This document shows, piece after piece, positions 56,633 through 64,000 of a stretch of 64,000 nucleotides of DNA; positions within the stretch are counted from its first letter, which is position 1; each line of letters opens with the position of its first letter. A program made the position numbers and the translations under genes. The stretch spans positions 1,184,001-1,248,000 of the forward strand of contig OY820591.1 in NCBI GenBank assembly GCA_963555985.3, in the 5' to 3' direction. Origin of the DNA: Dehalococcoidia bacterium (GTDB lineage: Bacteria > Chloroflexota > Dehalococcoidia > Bin125). The notes beneath the pieces are model-generated. The model ran no database searches and was not told where the DNA came from. It saw only the letters and a list, made by a program, of their open reading frames with translations.

Positions 56633-56719
56633 TGGTACCGGGAGCGGGGATCGAACCCACACGGCCCGCAGGCCAACGGATTTTAAGTCCGCCGCGTCTA
56701 CCAATTTCGCCATCCCGGC
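56633..56719 (-). tRNA. tRNA-Leu(UAA)
   Basis: GCCGGGATGGCGAAATTGGTAGACGC..CTTAAAA..GGTTCGATCC..ACCA. Confidence 0.95.
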
Positions 56720-56777
56720 CTGCTTGCGACGATACTGGTCGGCACGTTCGCCGACCATACGACTGACGGATCGCGGG

Positions 56778-59240
56778 TCAACGCTCGGTCGTCCAGGTGA
56801 TCATTGCTCCGTCGGAACGCAGGCTGACGGTTCCGCGCTCTGCGGTCGTCAGGACGGCGACGCCAGACTGATTCAGGGTTTCGATCGTTTCGGGATGCGG
56901 ATGACCGTGCGGGTTGTCCGCTCCGGCGCTGATCACGGCGAGAGTCGGTCTGACGCGATCCAGCAATACCCGCGTAGTGGAGTAGCGACTGCCGTGATGC
57001 GCAACCTTGAGCACGTCGGACCGCAGCAGGCAGGGTTCGGGGCTGGGGGAGCAGGGCTGCTGCACGAGCGTGATTTCCTGCTCTGCGCCAATATCCGCCG
57101 CGAAGAGGAAAGCAGCATCGCCGTAGCGCAGTCTGAGGACGAGACCGAGCGTGTTCGGATCGCTTACGGCATCGACAGCGGCGTCAGCAGCGCTCGGCGG
57201 CCAGAGGACATCGAGCATCAAAGGGTGCGGATCGCCAGCGAACGCGATCTGCATTCCGGCTTCGATCGGGTTCAGGGGAATTGATCGGTCTCGCGCAGTA
57301 CGGGTGAGGCTGCGACCCAGTGCGGTCTGTTCCAGGTGGGGCGATGCGGCAAGTCTTCCGATGTCGTAACGCTCCAGCAACGCCCAAGTCGCTTCGGCGT
57401 GATCGGATTGGGGATGTGTGACGACGACGAGATCGATCCGCTTCGATCCGGGAGGCAGATGAGTTCGCAAAGCTGCGAGCAGCGCGTCGGCCTGCCGGCC
57501 GGTGTCGATCAGGATGGTCTGTCGATCGGGTGTGACGATCAGCGCGGCGTCGCCTTGACCTACATCGATGAAGTGAATCGCGAGTTCTTCGTCGCGATCC
57601 AGCGCAGTGAGCCAGAGGGTGATTGCGACTGCGATCAAGGCTGCGGTTGCCGCGAGCGGGGCGAGCAGGCGGCGGATGGGCGACGTTGCGGCGCGATCGG
57701 TCGCGTCCCGCCGAGTGCGATGCCAGCGGGCGACGACTTCTCGACGCGGACGCACAGCCGCCGCGAGCATGGCGATGTAGATCACCACAGCGTGGATTGC
57801 GCCGAAGTCTTTGACTGATTGGGCGGCGCCGGGAATCTGCGCGCCTTGCTCAGCTACCAAGCGGAGCCACGAGAGCGGCAGCCAGGCCGCGGGCCAGCTG
57901 ACGATTCCTGCGATGGCGCCGGAGAGAAGGCCAATGATTCCTACGGCGAACGCGCCGAGGAACATCCAGGCAAAGAGCGGCGCGACGATGATGTTGGCCG
58001 CCAGTCCGATCAGCGACACGCGCTGAAAGTGGAGCGCGATCAGCGGCATCGTCGCCAGCATCGCGATCAGGCTGACGAGTGCAACTGCGCGAATTGCGCC
58101 TCCGAAGCCCTCAATGCCGGCAAGCTGCCGCTGCATGAGCGAAGGCATGAGCAAGACCAGACCGAGTGTGCCCGCCAGGGTCAACTGGAACGAGACGTCG
58201 CGCAGGATCTGGGGCTCCAGGGCGATCATTACGCCCGCTGCGACGGCAATTGCGTCGAGTGCCGCTGAGCCTCGACCGAGCATGTGCGCCGAGGTAAAGA
58301 CGAGCGCCATTCCCAAGGCGCGGATGACCGGCGGGTCACCGCCGGCGAAGCCCGCATATGCAAGCGCCGCGACGATAGCGAGCGCCGCCGAAGGGTGACG
58401 GCCGAGCAGCCAACTAGTCGCAGTCATGACGATTGCGGTCAGGAGGGTGAGGTTGGCACCGGAGACCACGATTAGGTGCGAGAGGGAGGTTGTGTTCAGG
58501 TCGTCACGGAGAGGTCGGTCGATTGCGCCTCGGTCGCCCGTGACCATGCCTTGCGCCAGGCCGGCGAGCGGGGGCGACAGTGCGTCTTGCAGGGAGCGAT
58601 TGACGGCTGTGCGTGATTCGTGGAAGGCGGTTCGCCACCAGCTTGGCTGCTTGCGCCCGACGACTGCCACGTCACCCGGCTCGACGACGCCAACTGCGGC
58701 TACGCCTTGCGCTGCGAGCCAGTTGTGGTAGCCGTCATCATTTCTGTTGATCGCCGTTGAGGTCAGTCTCGCTGTGACTCGGAGACGATCTCCAGGCTCA
58801 ATCGGAAGGTCGCCGGGTAGTGAGAGCTGTATCTGCTCAGCGATTTGTCTGCGTTCGCCTGCGAGGGTGATTGATTCCGTGCGCAGACGCGCATCGATCC
58901 GCGTGCCGCGAAACACCGGGTCTCCGGCGACGGCGCCGTGCACCGTGACCGGCTGTGCGCCGAAATCGGCGCGGGCGAGGCTGAGCTCGTTCCATTCGGT
59001 CGATTGGGCGCGCCAGACGCCGATCCCGAACAGCGCCGGCGCGAGCAGCAGTAGGACTATGTTGATTCGCCTCAAGCTCGATCCGGGCTCGAGCCGGGAT
59101 GCGCAGACTGCGCCAAACACAGCCGCGGCAAACGCGATAGACGCGATTACCCATTCAGGTGCGCTGCTGAGACCAACTGCGACGCCCAATCCGAAGGCAA
59201 CGGCCCAGATCAGAAGCGGCGGCTGATAGAGGCGATTCAC
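56778..59240 (-). CDS. comEC: DNA uptake channel ComEC/Rec2
   Basis: SHLIVVSGAN competence domain, DVSFQL, DVGQGDA, THPQSDH, KVAHHGS, GHP. Confidence 0.92.
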   Translation of the reverse strand: MNRLYQPPLLIWAVAFGLGVAVGLSSAPEWVIASIAFAAAVFGAVCASRLEPGSSLRRINIVLLLLAPALFGIGVWRAQSTEWNELSLARADFGAQPVTVHGAVAGDPVFRGTRIDARLRTESITLAGERRQIAEQIQLSLPGDLPIEPGDRLRVTARLTSTAINRNDDGYHNWLAAQGVAAVGVVEPGDVAVVGRKQPSWWRTAFHESRTAVNRSLQDALSPPLAGLAQGMVTGDRGAIDRPLRDDLNTTSLSHLIVVSGANLTLLTAIVMTATSWLLGRHPSAALAIVAALAYAGFAGGDPPVIRALGMALVFTSAHMLGRGSAALDAIAVAAGVMIALEPQILRDVSFQLTLAGTLGLVLLMPSLMQRQLAGIEGFGGAIRAVALVSLIAMLATMPLIALHFQRVSLIGLAANIIVAPLFAWMFLGAFAVGIIGLLSGAIAGIVSWPAAWLPLSWLRLVAEQGAQIPGAAQSVKDFGAIHAVVIYIAMLAAAVRPRREVVARWHRTRRDATDRAATSPIRRLLAPLAATAALIAVAITLWLTALDRDEELAIHFIDVGQGDAALIVTPDRQTILIDTGRQADALLAALRTHLPPGSKRIDLVVVTHPQSDHAEATWALLERYDIGRLAASPHLEQTALGRSLTRTARDRSIPLNPIEAGMQIAFAGDPHPLMLDVLWPPSAADAAVDAVSDPNTLGLVLRLRYGDAAFLFAADIGAEQEITLVQQPCSPSPEPCLLRSDVLKVAHHGSRYSTTRVLLDRVRPTLAVISAGADNPHGHPHPETIETLNQSGVAVLTTAERGTVSLRSDGAMITWTTER

Positions 59241-59662
59241 TCCGCTGTGCGGTCTTGGTAGATCGCGGCGACTCTACGCAGCTCGATTGCGTCGTCTGCA
59301 CGCAGCAGGCCGTGGTCAATCAGTTCAGCGAACGATCGCAGAGGGCGATCCTGTCTGGCGGCGACGATCTTTCTTGCGATTGCGGGGCCGATCCGGGGCA
59401 GCGCTTCGAGTTCGGGAAGGGTGGCGCGATTGAGGTCGACCAGCGTTGCAGCGCCCGGCTCGGTTGGGAGCGCAGCTACTCGGATCGTTGGGCTACTGGG
59501 CGAAACCGTTTGATTGATTGCCACCGCGGCGAGGCCGCTCGCAGCCGCGATGAAGGCGAGGGTGACACAGGCCAACGTCAATGCACTGCGGTGCGAGGAT
59601 CGTTCCTCACTTCCGGATCGATCCGGTCGAGGTCGGCGCGTCTTGCCAAATGGGAACTGCAT
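59237..59662 (-). CDS. comEA: ComEA-like helix-hairpin-helix DNA-binding protein
   Basis: TM helix + VDLNRAT..ELEALPRIGP..A.KIV; coupled to comEC. Confidence 0.8.
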   Translation of the reverse strand: MQFPFGKTRRPRPDRSGSEERSSHRSALTLACVTLAFIAAASGLAAVAINQTVSPSSPTIRVAALPTEPGAATLVDLNRATLPELEALPRIGPAIARKIVAARQDRPLRSFAELIDHGLLRADDAIELRRVAAIYQDRTAE

Positions 59663-59876
59663 GATCGGGATGGCGGTGGTTTACGGCTGCCGCGAAGGAG
59701 CGCCTCGCGGCGGTTGACAGAATGACTTCGGCCATAACATAACTACTCTCAGCACATGGCTGCGCGAATGGGTGGGTGGACGGCGATCCGGTTCCTGTTC
59801 GTTCTGCGGCGACGCTGAGATCGCGGGGTACAGTGCGAATGTCGGAAAGGCATTGCCTGGAGGAGATGGGGCTGAG

Positions 59877-60791
59877 ATGTCGCGTTCCGTGCTGACGGTG
59901 GCCGACTTGAGCGTCTCCGAGATCGCCGCGGTGCTGGATGCGGCCTCGGCGCAGAAATCGGGAGAGCAGGACGATCACGAAGAGGCTCTGGCGGGCAAGA
60001 CGGCGCTGCTGCTCTTTCAGAAGCCGTCGCTGCGTACGCGGGTGTCGTTTGAGCTTGCGGTGCGTCGTCTCGGCGGCGACTCGATCTATCTCTCTCCGCC
60101 CGAAGTTGGCCTCGGCGAACGTGAGGCTGTTCGCGATGTCGCCGCGGTCGCCGGCCGCTACGGCGAGCTGATCATTTGCCGCACGTTTTCGCAGTCCGTC
60201 CTCGAGCAACTGGCGCAGTACTCGGGCGTTCCCGTGGTCAACGCGCTGAGCGACTGGGAGCATCCCTGCCAAGCGCTGGCCGATTTGCTCACGATCCGCG
60301 AGCACGGCGGCACGGGCGGGCGCATCCTCAGTTACGTGGGCGACGGCAATAATGTCGCCCGATCGCTTCTGATCGCGGCGGCGGGGGAAGGGATGCACGT
60401 GCGGATCGCTTGTCCAGACGGTTACGAGCTCGACGAGGAGACGATTGATCTTGCGGTTGAGCGAGCGGAGTTGTCGGGCGGCTCGGTAACCACGATGCGC
60501 GATCCGCGAGCGGCGGTCGAAGGCGCGCACGTGATCTACACCGACACCTGGACCAGCATGGGTCAGGAAGCGGAGGCGGCGGCGCGGCGAGAGGTGTTCA
60601 CTCGATACCAGGTGTCGTTGGATCTGATTGCAGGCGCAGCTTCGGATGCGGTGGTGATGCACTGCCTGCCTGCTCACCGGGGAGAAGAGATCACGGACGC
60701 GGCGCTAGACGGTGAGCAGTCGGTCGTGTTGGACCAGGCCGAGAACAGGCTGCATGCTCAGCAGGCGCTGCTCTGGTGGCTCTTCCGCTGA
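59877..60791 (+). CDS. argF: Ornithine carbamoyltransferase
   Basis: KPSLRTR, HPCQALAD, GDGNNV, SMGQE, HCLPAHRGEE, QAENR. Confidence 0.95.
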   Translation: MSRSVLTVADLSVSEIAAVLDAASAQKSGEQDDHEEALAGKTALLLFQKPSLRTRVSFELAVRRLGGDSIYLSPPEVGLGEREAVRDVAAVAGRYGELIICRTFSQSVLEQLAQYSGVPVVNALSDWEHPCQALADLLTIREHGGTGGRILSYVGDGNNVARSLLIAAAGEGMHVRIACPDGYELDEETIDLAVERAELSGGSVTTMRDPRAAVEGAHVIYTDTWTSMGQEAEAAARREVFTRYQVSLDLIAGAASDAVVMHCLPAHRGEEITDAALDGEQSVVLDQAENRLHAQQALLWWLFR

Positions 60792-60898
60792 GCGGACGCG
60801 ATTTCGCATAGCATGAGTCGCCAGCCCTGCATTTGCGGCGGGGCAGAGGTCTTCGCCGGTATCGACCGGCGGATTGACGCCATTCAGGGACGCAGGTC

Positions 60899-61774
60899 AT
60901 GGATGGTCTGATCGGCGATATCGAGGCGGCCTTCAGCGACTTTTCGTGGACGAATCTGCTCGAGGTCGCGGTGATTGCGCTCGTGCTCTACGCGGTCTTG
61001 CGGCTGCTGCGCGGGACGACGGCGATGAGCATCGTCCGCGGGGTTGTGCTTGTGGTGGTTCTGATGACGGTCGTTGGCCGCTCGGTGAACTCGGTCGTCC
61101 TGAACTGGATCGTCGACAACGCACTGGCCGTGCTCTTGATTGTGGTCTTGCTCGTTTTTCAGCCGGAGTTTCGCCGCGCCTTCGAGCATGTTGGCCGGGC
61201 GGGCGGCGTGCGCAACTGGCTCGGTCGGCGTGATCCGTATCACGATCTGATTCCCACGATTGGTTCGGTCGCGCGCGAACTCTCCCAGTCACGAACAGGC
61301 GCGTTGATCCTGATCGAGCGTCAGACCGGACTGGAAGAGCTCGCCCGCCAGGCGGTTCGGGTTGGCGCAATTCCGACGAACGATCTTCTCAAGACGATCT
61401 TTTGGCCGGGATCACCATTGCACGATGGGGCGGTGCTATTGCGTCCGGGTGAGGTGGTTGCGGCGGGCGTGATCGTGCCCACTCCACCTCCGGATCTGTC
61501 CGAGCGGCATGGGCCAGAGTTGGGCGGCGCGCAACATCTCGGCACACGGCATCGCGCTGCGATCTCGATCTCGGCGGAGACCGACGCGCTGGCGGTCGTG
61601 GTCTCCGAGGAGACGGGTCGGATTTCGCTGGCTGAAGGCGGCGTGCTGACGGCGGGGTTGCTTTCCGGGGAACTCGAGCAGACGCTCGCGCGGCTACTCC
61701 ACACTGCGCCGGATCGGGCGGCGTTGCCGGCCAGTGCGAGACGAGCGGACAACCCGACGGCGGGTTCCGAGTGA
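60899..61774 (+). CDS. cdaA: Diadenylate cyclase CdaA
   Basis: 3 TM helices, FQPE.RR, PLHDGA, GTRHRAA, SEETG. Confidence 0.93.
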   Translation: MDGLIGDIEAAFSDFSWTNLLEVAVIALVLYAVLRLLRGTTAMSIVRGVVLVVVLMTVVGRSVNSVVLNWIVDNALAVLLIVVLLVFQPEFRRAFEHVGRAGGVRNWLGRRDPYHDLIPTIGSVARELSQSRTGALILIERQTGLEELARQAVRVGAIPTNDLLKTIFWPGSPLHDGAVLLRPGEVVAAGVIVPTPPPDLSERHGPELGGAQHLGTRHRAAISISAETDALAVVVSEETGRISLAEGGVLTAGLLSGELEQTLARLLHTAPDRAALPASARRADNPTAGSE

Positions 61775-63045
61775 GGCGCGTTATCCAGGAGGCGACGCTG
61801 CTCGTCACCGTCGTTGTGCTTGCGCTGGCGGTCTGGTTCGTGATCGCGGACACCGAAAACCGCGAGATTGAAGAGCGGCTCGGATTCAGCATCGGAGTCG
61901 AAGTGCGTAATCTTGCCAGCGATCTCGCGGTCGCTTCGGAGCCGCTTCCGGTGACGCTCACGGTGATTGGACGCCGAGCAGATTTGGACGCCGCCCGCCC
62001 GGACGATTTCGAGGCAACGGTAGATCTCAGCGGGCGTCCCGCCGGGCGTCACAACTTGCCGGTGCGGGTCGAGTCGCTCAATGAAGATGTTCGAGTCCGC
62101 GCGGTGCAGCCGGAGACGGCGGTGGTATTTCTACAAGAGGTGGTTGAGCGGGAAGTAGCGATTGTTGTGGAGACTTCCAATCCACCGCCCTTGGGTTTCC
62201 GAGTGGGCGCGGCGAAGGTGACTCCGAGTACCGCCACGGTGTCGGGGATCGCGGAAGAGGTCGATGCGGTCGAAGTCGTCGTCGCGCGGCTCGATCTTGG
62301 GGGTGCGGAGGCACTGATCGAGCGAGATGTGGCGCTCGAAGCCCGAACCGGCAGCGGGATCGCCGTCAGCCGCGTGACGGTCAGCCCTCGTTTCGCTGTC
62401 GTTGAGGTGCCGATTGAGCAAGAGCTGTTCCGCCGAACGGTGTCGGTTCGTCCGCGCGTTGTCGGAACGCCCCAGGATGGATATCGAGTGCGGGTGGTGA
62501 GAGTCGCCCCGGCGACGATCGAGGTGTTGGTCGGCGTCGATCAGTTCGAAGATGAAGCCGTGGTCGAGGCTACTGCCGTTGATGTGACCGGCCGCAATGC
62601 CGACCTGATTGCGCGGGCGGAGCTGATCTTCTCCGATGGGATCACGCCGGCGATTGACGCTGAGACTGCGGTGCAAGTGATCGTGGTGATCGAGCCGGTG
62701 CTCACGACCGTCCAGCTCTCGACATCGGTGGAGGTTGTCGGCGTGCCGGAGGGACTTGAGCTGGTGGAACTCTCGGTGACTGAGGTGGAGTTGGTACTGC
62801 ACGGCCCGGTTGCGCTGATTGGCGAGATTGAGGGACCACTTCCGCCGCTGACGATCGATGTCTCGCAGCTGGGCGGCGGGCGGCATAACGTTGTACTGAG
62901 TTGGACGCCGCCTGAAGGCGTCGAGCTGATGGAGCTCTCGCCCACCCGTGCGGTGGTTGCAATCGTTCCGACCCCGCCGCCGGAACCCGCGCCGGCCGAG
63001 GGCGAAGGATCGGACTCGCAGCCGGGAGACGATGCTGATGAGTGA
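61771..63045 (+). CDS. cdaR: CdaR (YbbR-repeat) regulator
   Basis: N-terminal TM + Val-rich YbbR-like repeats; coupled to cdaA. Confidence 0.85.
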   Translation: MRRVIQEATLLVTVVVLALAVWFVIADTENREIEERLGFSIGVEVRNLASDLAVASEPLPVTLTVIGRRADLDAARPDDFEATVDLSGRPAGRHNLPVRVESLNEDVRVRAVQPETAVVFLQEVVEREVAIVVETSNPPPLGFRVGAAKVTPSTATVSGIAEEVDAVEVVVARLDLGGAEALIERDVALEARTGSGIAVSRVTVSPRFAVVEVPIEQELFRRTVSVRPRVVGTPQDGYRVRVVRVAPATIEVLVGVDQFEDEAVVEATAVDVTGRNADLIARAELIFSDGITPAIDAETAVQVIVVIEPVLTTVQLSTSVEVVGVPEGLELVELSVTEVELVLHGPVALIGEIEGPLPPLTIDVSQLGGGRHNVVLSWTPPEGVELMELSPTRAVVAIVPTPPPEPAPAEGEGSDSQPGDDADE

Positions 63046-64000
63046 GGCAAGCGAGGCGACGCCGACTGCTGAGGTGCGAGCGGTACCGGGCAATGTGCTT
63101 CCGACCGTCGCGATCGTGGGGCGTCCGAACGTGGGTAAGTCGACGCTCTTCAATCGTCTCGTCCGCCGCCGCCAGGCGATTGTGCGGGGCGAACCGGGAA
63201 CGACCCGCGACCGCAACTACGGTTCGACGGAATGGCGTGGACGCCATTTCACTGTGATTGATACCGGCGGGTTGTTGGGGGAGCAGCTGAGCGGTCCGTA
63301 CGCCGACTCCGTGGCTGAGCAAGTGCAGCAGGCGGTCTCGGAGGCCGACGCGATCGTGCTCGTGGTTGATGTTCAAGCGGGTGCGTTGCCCGCAGACGAA
63401 GACGTTGCGGCATTGCTGCGCGAAGTTGAGCAGCCGGTGACTGTCTGCGCGAACAAGGCGGACAACCCGCAGTTGGCCGCTGCCGCGGGTGAGTTCTTCA
63501 GCCTCGGCTTGGGCGAGCCGATTGCGATCAGCGCCCACCACGGACGGCATATTGACGATCTGCTTGATCGCGTTGTTGACGAGCTTGCTGTTGCAGAGCC
63601 GCGAGCGGCGGAAGCGGCGGCTTGCCGTTTGGCGATCATCGGCCGTCCCAACGTGGGTAAGTCGTCGCTGGTGAACGCTTTGCTTCGGGACGAGCGCATG
63701 ATTGTGAGCGACGTGCCCGGGACTACCCGAGATGCGGTCGACACCGTACTCAGCTTCGACGGGCAAGAGGTGTCGCTGGTGGATACGGCCGGTATCCGGC
63801 GGCGCGGGCGGATTGCGCCGGGGATTGAGCGTGCGTCGGTGCGGCGAGCGGGGGCGGCGGTGCGCCGCGCTGATGTCGCGGCGGTGGTGATTGATGCGCA
63901 TGAGGGAGTGACATCACAGGATCAGCACGTGCTGGGGATGGCGCTTGACGAGGGCGCGGGGATCGTGGTTGTGATGAACAAGGCCGATCTCGTGGATGCC
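63038..64000 (+). CDS. der: Ribosome biogenesis GTPase Der (EngA), 3' partial; absent from the ORF track
   Basis: GRPNVGKST..GTTRD..DTGG..NKAD, then a second GRPNVGKSS..GTTRD..DTAG..NKAD. Confidence 0.95.
   Translation, partial: MSEASEATPTAEVRAVPGNVLPTVAIVGRPNVGKSTLFNRLVRRRQAIVRGEPGTTRDRNYGSTEWRGRHFTVIDTGGLLGEQLSGPYADSVAEQVQQAVSEADAIVLVVDVQAGALPADEDVAALLREVEQPVTVCANKADNPQLAAAAGEFFSLGLGEPIAISAHHGRHIDDLLDRVVDELAVAEPRAAEAAACRLAIIGRPNVGKSSLVNALLRDERMIVSDVPGTTRDAVDTVLSFDGQEVSLVDTAGIRRRGRIAPGIERASVRRAGAAVRRADVAAVVIDAHEGVTSQDQHVLGMALDEGAGIVVVMNKADLVDA

Noticed and set aside
55223-56719. tRNA-anchored integrative element or prophage
   Set aside because: No integrase, no phage structural genes and no duplicated tRNA 3' end seen in the window
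59714-59743. TTGACA promoter for argF
   Set aside because: Candidate -10 hexamers are weak or have poor spacing; not supported enough to call

Overview
High-GC bacterial chromosomal window, gene-dense. The gene content suggests Chloroflexota, Dehalococcoidia/SAR202-like and possibly sponge-associated (inference): duplicated amidohydrolases, LLM oxidoreductases, a double-domain CaiB, a Uma2 protein and Tat-secreted proteins. The right end is core genome: serS, tRNA-Ser(UGA), tRNA-Leu(UAA), comEC/comEA, argF, cdaA-cdaR and der. The left ~50 kb is accessory or catabolic. It holds three orphan solute-binding proteins sharing an unnamed N-terminal domain, ectB, a copper amine oxidase, a SeqA_N/Mrr_N + GHKL ATPase pair, an MTase/DUF262-HNH/Uma2/VapBC defence cluster, a 1402-aa repeat surface protein, a MoaD-propeller fusion and a UGSC selenoprotein (in-frame UGA split by the ORF track). 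The most unusual signal is two paralogous orphan HTH genes (27722-28402 +, 40396-41202 -). Each sits in nested palindromic repeats, is bracketed by direct repeats, shares upstream/downstream motifs with the other and has LexA-box-like sites. The same ATTCCC-N8-GGGAAT palindrome also occurs in-frame inside a protein-coding gene. All calls are by eye from motifs; no database search was run.
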